From the NCBI GenBank assembly GCA_965208675.1, contig OZ242351.1, forward strand, positions 352,001 to 416,000: DNA of 64,000 bases. Direction: 5' to 3'. The position numbers were made by a program, and so were the translations under genes. Within the stretch, counting starts at the first letter, position 1. Each line of letters begins with the position of its first letter. Positions 50,286 to 60,453 of this stretch are shown piece after piece. This stretch comes from Candidatus Poribacteria bacterium (lineage in GTDB: Bacteria; Poribacteria; WGA-4E; PCPOR2b). Under the pieces are notes generated by a model. That model saw only the letters and a list, made by a program, of their open reading frames with translations, was not told where the DNA came from and ran no database searches.

Positions 50286-52943
50286 ATGTTTATGCACAGC
50301 CAGACTAAAACCAGTTTTGTATTTTACATCTTTACGTTGTTCCTATGCCTCAATTCCATTTTCTTACATGACACCGATGCACAAACAGATAATGAGTTAG
50401 CTTCTGACTCCCCTGAATTTGTCTACACTTATGAGAGTATTGATGTCCCCGGTGTAGATTTTTTAGCGTTGACGGCGAGTAGCGACTTTGAGGATTACGC
50501 CGGTTACACACGGAGTGCTGACGGTGATAAAGCAGTCGCCTTTACGCTCATTGACGGTGTTTTTACGACTTTTGATTTCCCCGGTTCGCGGAACACTTAT
50601 TTCTATGCGCTCGGCAATAATGGGATTGCCGCCGGGCACTACCAAGATAGCGATGGTCTGTACCACGGAGTCATCCTAGAAAATGGTGAACTGCGGCGAT
50701 ACGATTTCCCGAACTCTGTTGAAACGGAGATCTATGGGTATAGTGATACGACGGGCGCACTAACAGGTAATTTCACAGCGGCTGACGGCATCCGCCGTGG
50801 GTTCTCTGGTGACGCGATCATTGAGTTCCCCGGTGCCAAGGAAACCTTCGCCGATTTTGTGAGCGGGGGAATCCTTATAGGGAGCTACATAGATGCTGAC
50901 GGGATATATCACGGATATGTACAGGTACAGGATATGTATCAATCTATTGACTTTGAACGCGCAGCCGGTTTGGAGTATGTATTTTTTCACGGTATCAACA
51001 GCGCAGGGGTTTTCGTTGCCCGATCCAAAAGAGGGGATAATCTCCCGCGGACTCAGGTCGGGACATTCCATAAACGACAGGATTTGCAGTTTCCCGGTGC
51101 TGTTATCACAGAAGGGTGGAATATCAATGAGGACAACTCTGTCGTCGGATATTATGAGTCAGAAGATGGGCATCGACGCGGTTTCATCGCAAGACCTGCA
51201 CAAACCGCCGTTGACCTACCAGTCACCTTCACCTATACGTTTGAGAGTATTGACGTTCCGGGTGTAGATTTTTTGGCTCTGACGGCGAGTAGTGACTTTG
51301 AAGATTACGCAGGCTATACGAAAAGTGCTGATGGCGAAAAAGAGGTCGCTTTTACATTCATCGATGGCGTTTTCAACATTTATGATTTCCCAGGTTCACA
51401 GAATACCTATTTCTATGCCCTGGGCAACAACGGAAATGCTGCTGGACACTACGAGGATAGCGATGGGCTGTTCCACGGTGTCATCTTAGAAGATGGCGAG
51501 TTGCGCCAATTCGATTTCCCGGGTGCCGTCCAAACGGAGATTTACGGCATTTCCGATGCGACTGGGGCACTGACGGGTAATTTCACAGATGCTTCGGGCG
51601 TTCGCCGTGGATTTACAGGGGACGAGGTCGTTGAGTTTCCCGGCGCCATAGAAACCTTCGCCGATTTTGTAAGTGGGGAGACTCTTGTGGGCAGTTACAT
51701 AGATGCTGACGGTATATATCACGCATATACATCTATAGATGGCGTGTTTACATCTATAGATTCCCCTATACCCGATTTGGAGTACGGGTTTCTTCATGGT
51801 GTCAACGAGATAGGGGTTTTCGTTGCCCGATCTAAAGGGGTGAATGATATTCCGCGGACTCATGTCGGCACATTCCGTGGACTACAGGAAATGCGGTTTC
51901 CAGGCAGCGTTAGCACGGAGGGGTGGAATATCAATCAAGACAGCTCTGTCGTAGGGTATTATGACTCCGCAGATGGACGTAGACACGGGTTTATCGCCAG
52001 ACTCGACACGAAGGCAGAGAGCGATAATTTTGGCAACGCCTACCACGTCACACTGGAGAAAGGCTTGAACATGATTTCCGTACCGTTGGCGCCGCCAACG
52101 CCGATGAGCGCTAAGTCGCTCGCAGGACTGACAGGAGCGACAACCATCATCACGATCGATGCCGCAAACCAGCGTTTCATCGCGTGGACGCCAAGCGCAC
52201 CCGATGACGGTTTCCCAATTGAAGGCGGTGGCGGATATATCGTCAATGTCCCAGAAACCCGCAACTTCGCTTTCGCCGGAGCGCCGTGGACAAATCAAAC
52301 AGAACCTCCCGCGGCAGCACCTGCCATTTCCGTGGCGCTTGCTCAGGAAGCGTGGGCGTTCGTTGTAAGCGGACACTTGGAAGGAGTTCCATCGCTTGAC
52401 GGCTATCAGGTGTCAGTCCGAAACCTAAGAACAGGCAGCACGATAACCGTGCCGGCGCAGGGGGATTACTTCGCTGCTGCGACCGCCGACTTGTCACGCC
52501 GGAGCGTTGTGCAAGTTGGAGACGTGATTGAAGTGTACGTCATCGGGTCGGGCGGCAATGTTGAATCGCACACTCTCAGCCACAAAGTTACCGCCGATCA
52601 CCTGGCAAACGCAGTTATGTCTGTCAGGCTTGATGCCGTCGGTCAACCGACGATGACCCGGTTATTGCAGAACTACCCGAACCCGTTCAACCCGGAGACG
52701 TGGATTCCCTATCAACTCTCGGAAGACAGTCCTGTTTCGGTATCCATTTATGATACAACTGGAAATTTGGTTCGGACACTTTCGATCGGTTATCAATCCG
52801 CGGGATATTACAATGGTCGGGACCGCGCCGCGTATTGGGATGGAAAGTCCGAGACTGGAGAGCGGGTTGCGAGTGGGGTATACTTCTATCATCTCAATGC
52901 GGGAAGTTTTATCTCGGCGAAACGCATGGTCATCTTGAAGTAG
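50286..52943 (+). CDS. secreted protein with a duplicated 270-aa repeat domain and C-terminal T9SS-like/FlgD Ig sorting domain
   Basis: Signal peptide; YTYESIDVPGVDFLALTASSDFEDYAGY unit twice; LLQNYPNPFNPETWIPYQL...KRMVILK. Confidence 0.85.
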   Translation: MFMHSQTKTSFVFYIFTLFLCLNSIFLHDTDAQTDNELASDSPEFVYTYESIDVPGVDFLALTASSDFEDYAGYTRSADGDKAVAFTLIDGVFTTFDFPGSRNTYFYALGNNGIAAGHYQDSDGLYHGVILENGELRRYDFPNSVETEIYGYSDTTGALTGNFTAADGIRRGFSGDAIIEFPGAKETFADFVSGGILIGSYIDADGIYHGYVQVQDMYQSIDFERAAGLEYVFFHGINSAGVFVARSKRGDNLPRTQVGTFHKRQDLQFPGAVITEGWNINEDNSVVGYYESEDGHRRGFIARPAQTAVDLPVTFTYTFESIDVPGVDFLALTASSDFEDYAGYTKSADGEKEVAFTFIDGVFNIYDFPGSQNTYFYALGNNGNAAGHYEDSDGLFHGVILEDGELRQFDFPGAVQTEIYGISDATGALTGNFTDASGVRRGFTGDEVVEFPGAIETFADFVSGETLVGSYIDADGIYHAYTSIDGVFTSIDSPIPDLEYGFLHGVNEIGVFVARSKGVNDIPRTHVGTFRGLQEMRFPGSVSTEGWNINQDSSVVGYYDSADGRRHGFIARLDTKAESDNFGNAYHVTLEKGLNMISVPLAPPTPMSAKSLAGLTGATTIITIDAANQRFIAWTPSAPDDGFPIEGGGGYIVNVPETRNFAFAGAPWTNQTEPPAAAPAISVALAQEAWAFVVSGHLEGVPSLDGYQVSVRNLRTGSTITVPAQGDYFAAATADLSRRSVVQVGDVIEVYVIGSGGNVESHTLSHKVTADHLANAVMSVRLDAVGQPTMTRLLQNYPNPFNPETWIPYQLSEDSPVSVSIYDTTGNLVRTLSIGYQSAGYYNGRDRAAYWDGKSETGERVASGVYFYHLNAGSFISAKRMVILK
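50421..52010 (+). repeat. intragenic tandem duplication, period 810 nt
   Basis: Units start near 50421 and 51231 with long identical peptide stretches. Confidence 0.85.
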
Positions 52944-53007
52944 TAACCCCATTACCAGCGGCGGAATTCGAGATCGTTTACGCGCATTCAATGGGAGACC
53001 AATTCCT

Positions 53008-54057
53008 ATGCCTGAAATACCCAAACCGATATTGATTCAAAAGGACGAACTTCGTGAATTCGTTGGGACGCTGTATCAGAAGGCTGGCGTACCTCACGAT
53101 CACGCCAAGCTAATGGCAGATTTACAAGTCGAAACCGATTTGCGAGGCGTGTTTTCGCACGGTACACGTGCGGTTCCCGGGTACATCGAGAAGATTCTCG
53201 ATGGCAAAATAAACCCGACGCCGCAGTTCGAAATTGTCAAAGAGGCGCCCAGCACCGCGGTCATTGACGGAGACAATGCATTAGGGCATGTCCCCTCCGC
53301 GAAGGCGATGGAAATGGCCATCGAAAAAGCCAAATCTATGGGAATCGGCGCAGTAGGTGTCTGCAACGCTGGGCACTTCGGCGCCGCAGCGTGTTACGGA
53401 ATGATGGCTGTCCGCGAAAAAATGATCGGCTTTGCCACAACAAGTACAGCGATGCGGAGCGTCGTCGCACCCGGCGGTGCAACGCCCGTAGTCGGCAACG
53501 TGGCGCTCTCCTACGCCTACCCGTCCCGAACCGAACAACCCATGGTACTCGACATGGCGTGCGGCATCTCGGCCTGGAATAGGATTGAAACCATGCGCAT
53601 GTACAATATCCATATCCCGATGGACTGGATGTTGGACATAAATGGGAAACCGACCAACGATCCGAGTAAGGGAGAGATGCTCAAACCTGCTGCAGGTCCA
53701 AAAGGTTACGGTTTGGCGATGGCTATGACCGCCCTCGCGGGCCCTCTAATTGGCGGCATGATGGGCTGTCATAAGGATGCTGGTCCATCTGAACACTTTT
53801 TCATAGCGTTCAACGTCTCTAGTTTCACCGACTACGATGATTTCGTACGTGAAATGGACAGGTCGGTTCGCACGGTGAAAACTTCAAAGACTGTTGACGG
53901 CGTGGACCGGGTTTATCTGCCCGGGGAAATTGAATGGGAAAACTACGAACCGTGGAGCGACCACGGGATTCCGCTCCACAAAGACCACTTGAGCGCGCTA
54001 GCAGAGACCGCCGATAAACTCGGCGTGGATGTGTTTTGGGAGGTGGGCGAGGAATAA
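53008..54057 (+). CDS. Ldh_2 (malate/L-lactate/sulfolactate dehydrogenase) family oxidoreductase
   Basis: DLRGVFSHG, DGDNALG, GHFG, LDMA, PKGYGL, YLPGE. Confidence 0.88.
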   Translation: MPEIPKPILIQKDELREFVGTLYQKAGVPHDHAKLMADLQVETDLRGVFSHGTRAVPGYIEKILDGKINPTPQFEIVKEAPSTAVIDGDNALGHVPSAKAMEMAIEKAKSMGIGAVGVCNAGHFGAAACYGMMAVREKMIGFATTSTAMRSVVAPGGATPVVGNVALSYAYPSRTEQPMVLDMACGISAWNRIETMRMYNIHIPMDWMLDINGKPTNDPSKGEMLKPAAGPKGYGLAMAMTALAGPLIGGMMGCHKDAGPSEHFFIAFNVSSFTDYDDFVREMDRSVRTVKTSKTVDGVDRVYLPGEIEWENYEPWSDHGIPLHKDHLSALAETADKLGVDVFWEVGEE

Positions 54058-54127
54058 CCGCGGCGGCAGTTCGTTGACTTAGACGATACCCTCCCCTTTG
54101 CCAAGAGGGAGTTAAAGGGGGTCGTCT

Positions 54128-54937
54128 TCAAACGCCATCCGACACCGAAGGCACGTTATCTTGACAATAGACGGGCCGGAAGAGCGTGCGTCTTTTGAAC
54201 GGAATTTCGGCAAGGTGTTCCGGATGAGGCTCCCACCCGTGCCACTTATTGCCAATCACGTTGTAGCAGTTGAATATGGCGACCCGATCGCTAGTATCGT
54301 CCTCCCAACGGGCGCCTGTGTGAGTTATAGCCTCGGTAAAGAACAGGACCGACCCTGCCGGGCAAGAATAATCCTCCCACAAGGGGCAATCCCGATTTTC
54401 AGTCGTTTTTGGCGGTGGAAATGCCGCTTTGTGGCTTCCAGTCAAAAACATAGTGCCGCCGCCGCGACTCTTCACTGGGTTCAGTTCCCATACAACTCGC
54501 GTCAAGCCGCTGTGTACCTTGTCCGGATGCATATGATAGGTGTGTGAGTTTCCGCGAAAGTTGTGCATGTCGCGTCCGCCATGAGGTCTAAAGTGGTCTT
54601 GGCCTTTGGCTCGAATCGTCAAAAACGTACCCTCCAAGCGAAAACCGTAGCACTCCTCGTTCGAATGGCCCGACGCGACAAATTCGTTCATAAAGCCCAA
54701 GACAGTTGGGTGATCTGTGAGTCTTTCGAGCGGACCGCCGATGGACGAACGATGGGGCTCTGGAATTGACTCGGGCTCTCTCTGCAGACGGTAACAAAAC
54801 TCCCGCATCTCGACAACCTCATTGTCGTTCAGTACGCCGGGTAGAGCTATCCAGCCCCGTGTGTCGAAGATAAACTTCTGCTCTTCGGTAAACTCAATTG
54901 CCGGCGTTCCAACGGCGTTTGTCGAGGGCATAACCAT
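54128..54937 (-). CDS. phytanoyl-CoA dioxygenase (PhyH) family protein
   Basis: FIFDTRGW, HGG, GSHK, AGSVLFFTEAITH. Confidence 0.8.
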   Translation of the reverse strand: MVMPSTNAVGTPAIEFTEEQKFIFDTRGWIALPGVLNDNEVVEMREFCYRLQREPESIPEPHRSSIGGPLERLTDHPTVLGFMNEFVASGHSNEECYGFRLEGTFLTIRAKGQDHFRPHGGRDMHNFRGNSHTYHMHPDKVHSGLTRVVWELNPVKSRGGGTMFLTGSHKAAFPPPKTTENRDCPLWEDYSCPAGSVLFFTEAITHTGARWEDDTSDRVAIFNCYNVIGNKWHGWEPHPEHLAEIPFKRRTLFRPVYCQDNVPSVSDGV

Positions 54938-55027
54938 AAAAATAACCTTCCATTTATTTGTGTTTCATTGACGAATTACAATTACGGATTAAGGCGCGGA
55001 GCGTTTTTTTGGCTCGCCTACAGCCAA

Positions 55028-55915
55028 TCATACTCCCCACCGCTTCCGCATCTCCTCCATTGGAACGGTTTCGCCCTGCATCCAAGCATAATGCGCAATT
55101 GGGTCCTCTCCGATCCAGCGTTCGTCAACCGGTTCATCCGCGCGTTGGAAGCGCGTGTCAGCGCTAAGACGGTAACGGTTCGTTGTGTTGTCCAGCGATC
55201 CGTGCATCGTGAACATGCCGAAAATCAACACATCTCCCATCTTAAATGAATTCGTTCCCCACCGCCCGCCGTAACGGTCAACCAATTCGATTGGATCGTT
55301 CGAGAACGAACCGGTCACATTGTCACGATCCACGTCCATCTCGCCGTAAGTCTGTTTAATTAAGTCAAAACGGTGGGAACCGATGAGAATCGCCAACGGT
55401 CCCATCTCAAGCGGCAGGTCGCCGATAGGCGACCAGCAGGTTACGACATGTTGAGTTCCGCGTCCCATGTAAACGATGTCGTAGTGTGCACCGGTGAAGC
55501 CGCTCGGCTGTACCACGCGCAGCCATTTATAATCGTAGGTGATGACGGGTGCATCGAAAAAGTTTTCAAAAAAGCTCAAAACTTCAGGGGATTCGACCAG
55601 GTTCAGAAATTCCGGTTGGTGGGTGACGGCGTTATTGCCGCCCATAAACATGCCGCGCTTGCCTTCCGCCGGAATCCCGTCTGATACCGGGTGCGCACCG
55701 TCGAGTTGCTCGTTCTCGTCCAGTTTCCTGAGCAGAAATCGGCGGGTTGCCTTGACCTTTTCTGGGTCGTACAATCCGCGAATTAACAGGTATCCATCAG
55801 CTTTAAATCTAGCATGCAGCTCCTCGCGGTCGCCGAGTACGTCATTTGCTTCTCGCAACCATCGAAGGTACTTCCCGCCCATTTCCATCTTTATTTTGTT
55901 CATGGTGAGAATCAC
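55028..55915 (-). CDS. phytanoyl-CoA dioxygenase (PhyH) family protein
   Basis: HYD, GSH, MHGS, R-x-S-x-D-x-R motifs. Confidence 0.85.
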   Translation of the reverse strand: MILTMNKIKMEMGGKYLRWLREANDVLGDREELHARFKADGYLLIRGLYDPEKVKATRRFLLRKLDENEQLDGAHPVSDGIPAEGKRGMFMGGNNAVTHQPEFLNLVESPEVLSFFENFFDAPVITYDYKWLRVVQPSGFTGAHYDIVYMGRGTQHVVTCWSPIGDLPLEMGPLAILIGSHRFDLIKQTYGEMDVDRDNVTGSFSNDPIELVDRYGGRWGTNSFKMGDVLIFGMFTMHGSLDNTTNRYRLSADTRFQRADEPVDERWIGEDPIAHYAWMQGETVPMEEMRKRWGV

Positions 55916-56071
55916 GTTAAATCTCCGTTTTTCTCCGATCGAAATACGTTAGCCAACCGTCAATCAACCCGAAATCCGCCCGCTCAAAATTTAATGCTCT
56001 GAACACTATAACACGCTGAAATAGTCAATGCCAAGTCATAATTTTCCTCGACAGTTTTATAAACTCCACCA

Positions 56072-56100
56072 TTGACAAAAATTCGAAAATGTATTACTAT
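56072..56100 (+). promoter_or_regulatory. sigma70-type promoter for the 56198 gene
   Basis: TTGACA-17 nt-TACTAT. Confidence 0.65.
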
Positions 56101-56197
56101 TTCTGCTAATCCAAAATCTACGCAAAGCTACCCAAAACGTGCCATACTGGGGGATTGATAAACCCGGGTAGAACAAAGTCGAGAGCGGTGATTTGAG

Positions 56198-56604
56198 ATG
56201 GATTTTTCCGCATGGTCCCCGTCGCACACTATCATAGCGATTTTTGCAGCCGTGGGGTTTATAGGACAGATTGCGGTCTTATTCTACCGTACGGGGCTGC
56301 TGGAAAGGCGCATAGAAAAACAGGGCGAAGACTTGCGGCAGCTAGGCGAGACATTCTTGCACGCGTTAGAACGCCATGAAGATCGGGTGGACAAGCGACT
56401 TACTGAAATCATTTCACAAATGAATCAACAGTTCTCAGATGTCCGAACCGAAATTGGCGTCCTCCGATCGGACATAACCAGGAGATTGGGAACCTCCGAT
56501 CGGAAATGAATCATGAAATTGGCAGCGTTCGCGAGGAACTCAGCAAACTCAATCAAAACCACATCGACCATTTGATACGACACCAGGATGAAGAACCGTC
56601 GTAG
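56198..56604 (+). pseudogene. TM-anchored coiled-coil protein with 1-nt frameshift near 56476 (paralog of 60454-60897)
   Basis: Adding one A at GACATAACCAG restores DINQEIGNLRSEMNHEIGSVREELSKLNQNHIDHLIRH, matching the paralog C-terminus; could be an assembly error. Confidence 0.7.
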
Positions 56605-56826
56605 GCCGGGCTGCGCGGTCAACCAATGTAAGAGTGAGGGCGATATACGATATACTGCACGCGTCATATCCGGACTTTAAAATCCCTCCTAACACAATTA
56701 CAACACACCGTAGAAGCGATCTCCTAATCGTAAAACCCTACCACCGGTCTGTCCTGAAATGCGCATTTTCTTTGGGGGCATGGCATCAGACTACCATGCA
56801 CACGGGTCCTACAACGGGAAGGAATC

Positions 56827-59199
56827 ATGTATAATCAGAGGCATCTCGTTATTGTTAACCTGATAATGGTCGTTATGCTAACGAGTTCCTGCGGCATTGG
56901 GCGAGTTTTTGAACCCCTTGTACTCAATTCTTATGAGTCTCGGGTCCAATCGGTCATTGAGCAGGGCACAGTTGTTCAAAATTACATGAAAAGCCTTGAC
57001 CGTGCGCTTCAGGACGGCGATGAAAGCACTATCGCACTATTGGCGCCCGAAGGCATTCGTTCGTTTCCGCCCTGTGAGGAAGAAATAGAACGCCGGCCTG
57101 ATCTCCCGGGTGTTGAAATTATCCGTTGGAAATCAACGCCGGGAAATGGAGGAGTCAATCCTTGGGTAAACCTAGCAGACCACTGGGGAAGCGGATCAAT
57201 AATATCGAAGAGTTCGTTTAACATGATTCACCTCAATATAATCAGCGGCGACACCTGCGAACCTGAAATCCGCATTAGCATACAGGGCATTGATACCGCG
57301 GGAAGACACCGCCAAGATGTCAGTTATATGCGGCTGAAGGTAGATTTCTCCGGGTACGCCGCAGTCATTCGAGACATCCTAAAATTTACTGCCCATTCGC
57401 TTATACGCACCGGCGATACGCTATTTAAGGACGAAACGGAGAAGCGGGGTCTCGTATTTCAGCCGCCCAACGTTCCGTTTCGGGACGACCTAAAATTTGC
57501 GCCCTTTACCGCCACTGGGGGCGGCGTCGCCGTTGCTGATGTCGATGGGGACGGGTGGGAAGATGTATATCTTATCGGCGGCACACCGCACACGAGTAGA
57601 TTTTATAAGAACATTGGCTACGGATACTTTGAGGACGCAACAGCGAGTTCCGGTCTAGCAAACCCCCAGGATATGGCTATGGCTGCTGCCATTGGCGACG
57701 TGGACCGGGACGCTGATTTGGATATTGTCGTCACGCACGGCTTTGCACCGCCTACGCTCTTTCGCAACCGCGGCGATACGGTGTTTATTCGTGAACCGTT
57801 CCCTTCTCGTGAAGGGCAAAAGGAAGAAGGCGCTACGACGCCCTCGTTCGTTGATGTCGATAACGACGGGGACCTCGATTTGTATATTGCATACTACGGA
57901 CTTGTGTCGGATTACGTGCCGGACACGATTTACATTGGACTCAACGGCGTTCAAGACCGCCTCTACATCAATGATGGCACCGGGCAATTCACGGAAGAGG
58001 CGCAAAGCCGGGGGATAAATGATTCACGATGGACTTTCCAAGGCGCATTTGCAGATTTCGACGAGGATGGCGATGCCGATCTTTATCAGATTAACGATTT
58101 TGGACGCAACACGCTCTATCTTAATGACGGGACCGGGCACTTTGAGGACTGCACCCTCGACTGGGCGGGAACCGAAGCCTTTGGGTTTGGTATGAGCGGT
58201 AGTTGGGGCGATATCAATGCGGACGGCAAGCTCGACTTGTACATCGCGGGCATAGCATCGGGCGTACAGTGGTTCGCAGAACAGACCGATGTCATGCGTT
58301 ATTACCTCCTAAATGCGAAGCGGAGCCGTTACTTGCCGTCCGGGCAAATTGAACTTATTACAGCGGAGCTTGAACCCTATATGATTTCAGCGGAGCATCT
58401 GGGCGATTCCTTGCCCGCAATCCGCCAGCGTTACTTCCAAGGAAATGTATTGCTCCGACGCAACGGCAACGGATTTGATAACATTAGCCAACCGTCCGGT
58501 ACAGAATATGGCGAGTGGGCATGGGGTTCAGGGTTTATAGATTTTCAAAACGACGGATTGGTTGACCTTTACACAACCAACGGGTTTATTACGGGCGAAA
58601 AGAAAGACGATCTGTGAATGCCCTTTTTCGAATCGGCGGTGCGCCGACCTCTCGACTATTATGACGGAGCATTTTATTCCGCCGATTTTGTTCGCTCTAA
58701 TTCTTGGAACGGAATGGAAAGCAATTTCGCATATCTAAACGTTGATGGAAGTAAATTCTTTGAGCTAGGCTTTGCCCTTGGGATTGACAGTACTGCTGAC
58801 GGCCGGAGTTTCATCGCCTTTGACTGCGATGGAGATGGCGACCAAGATCTGCTGGTTGCAAATCGGAACGCACCGGCTCAACTATTTATCAATCACTGGG
58901 CGGACGCTGCGAACAATAATTGGTTGAAAGTTCGTCTCAGCGGCGACAACGATAGAACCGCCGTTGGCGCCGTGGTTAAAGTTCAAACCGGCAGTCGGAA
59001 GCAAGCCCAAACGTTCTCCTTGTGCAATAGCTACCTGTCCTGCTATGCCGGTCCGCTCCTATTTGGAATTGGTTCTGCAACTCGTGTTGATGCGGTAGAT
59101 GTAATTTGGCCGGGCGGTGAATCTAGCCGAATCACCGGGATTAACGCTAACCAATTGATTGAGGTGTGTTTTCCGACCACCGCTCGGACGCACAAATAA
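56827..59199 (+). CDS. FG-GAP/CRTAC1-ASPIC/UnbV lipoprotein, 790 aa if TGA 58615-58617 is read as selenocysteine
   Basis: LTSSC lipobox; multiple D-x-D-x-DG-x-x-D repeats on both sides of the TGA; ORFs 56827-58617 and 58618-59199 abut in frame; C-terminal ASPIC/UnbV pattern (WLKVRL, AVGAVVKV, FGIG, V-x-WP-x-G). Confidence 0.75.
58628..58655 (+). promoter_or_regulatory. candidate bacterial SECIS hairpin
   Basis: TCGGCG-GTG-CGCCGA (58633-58647) plus TCGA/TCGA lower stem; GGT at 21-23 nt after the TGA. Confidence 0.6.
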
Positions 59200-59204
59200 C
59201 GCAA

Positions 59205-59708
59205 ATGAGGAATCATCTTGGGAAGTTAAGCCGGCCGTATCTGCCTTTAGTTCTATCGCTCTCGGTTTTGGCGGGATGCACTAAGGTTCCTCAGAAAATC
59301 GCCGTCGGTGAAATGATCGGCGATATTGATGTTGTTCAACTATCAGGTAAAAGAGAAAAACTTTACTCTCTGTCCAAAAACCGAATCACTTTAGTGGTGT
59401 TCTGGGCAACGTGGTGCCAGCGTTGCCGTGAAGAAGTTCCGGACATCAATGATTTAGCGGCTGCTTACGGAACGTCATTAGCCGTCATTGGAATTTCAGC
59501 GGGCGAGACCCTCCACACCGTCAAAGCCCATTCCGCAGCGCTAGGCATTCGCTACCCGGTGGTTGTTACGGAGTTATCCAACTTGGCTGCACTCGGAATT
59601 GATAGTATTCCGCGGTTGGTGGTTTTAGACTCGAAAGGGAGAATTCAGCGGATTGAAAACGGTGTGAATGCGTCTTTACGGGCACGACTAACGCAACTCG
59701 CAAACTAA
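59205..59708 (+). CDS. TlpA/ResA-family thiol-disulfide oxidoreductase lipoprotein
   Basis: LAGC lipobox; FWATWCQRCREEVP; cis-Pro SIP; starts 5 nt after the upstream stop. Confidence 0.88.
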   Translation: MRNHLGKLSRPYLPLVLSLSVLAGCTKVPQKIAVGEMIGDIDVVQLSGKREKLYSLSKNRITLVVFWATWCQRCREEVPDINDLAAAYGTSLAVIGISAGETLHTVKAHSAALGIRYPVVVTELSNLAALGIDSIPRLVVLDSKGRIQRIENGVNASLRARLTQLAN

Positions 59709-60080
59709 AACGTACCAATTGAAAATTGATCGGGAGGATAGGTAAAATTCACCTTATCTTGTACGCTCCAATCTGAACATACGAATGGCTTGCGCAATAC
59801 TGAGCGCTCCTGAAAATCTGCGCTAAACCCAACCTATCAGAGCTATTACCCCCCCCATCCAAACGGCAAATCCCTAACCGCTATTCGCGGTCGGGCCCGC
59901 AAATATATTTATAACTTTGGCAGTATCCGAAGGTGTCCCCATCAGTGCGGTTGTGTCCCTTATGACACTCACATCCATCGGCAATAATTTTGGTTGATTT
60001 TGTCATCTCAGAATGCTAGGGAATCCTGTCACACACTAGCTTTTCGGCATTTTCGGCGCACCTCTCAATGCGTCGGCGCG

Positions 60081-60110
60081 AAGTGCCCTAAAGTGCCCTT
60101 TTGTGCCCTA
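60081..60110. repeat. three phased 10-bp direct repeats (x-x-GTGCCCT-x)
   Basis: AAGTGCCCTA AAGTGCCCTT TTGTGCCCTA. Confidence 0.6.
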
Positions 60111-60453
60111 AATTCGGATTTTCTCTTTGGGACACTTCTGATGTATCGGTTATCATGTCCAGTTTGGAGTATTGATTTAATGCCGAGGCGCCGGCCGCCA
60201 ATGCTGATTCCTCAAAATTAAATGACTGATTTTTGCGCACGTTCAGGTCACCAAAAAAAAGCGAGGCTGCACCTCTTTCAGCGCCCTCGCCTCGCCAATG
60301 AGAATGTATTCTTTATATTATAAGTGAACCAGTGCCGCCAATTTTGCTCAATTATACACGATGCGAAATGCATGTGTTAAGAGGAAACGCGGTAGTTAAC
60401 CCTTATAGGTTGAGTTGAGCAGGCTCCCTAAACCCAAGTTCTCCTCTTACTCA

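Noticed and set aside
58618-59199. Independent 193-aa ASPIC/UnbV gene starting at ATG 58618
   Set aside because: No convincing SD or signal peptide, it begins mid-propeller, and it abuts the upstream TGA in frame. Readthrough is the simpler reading, though reinitiation cannot be excluded.
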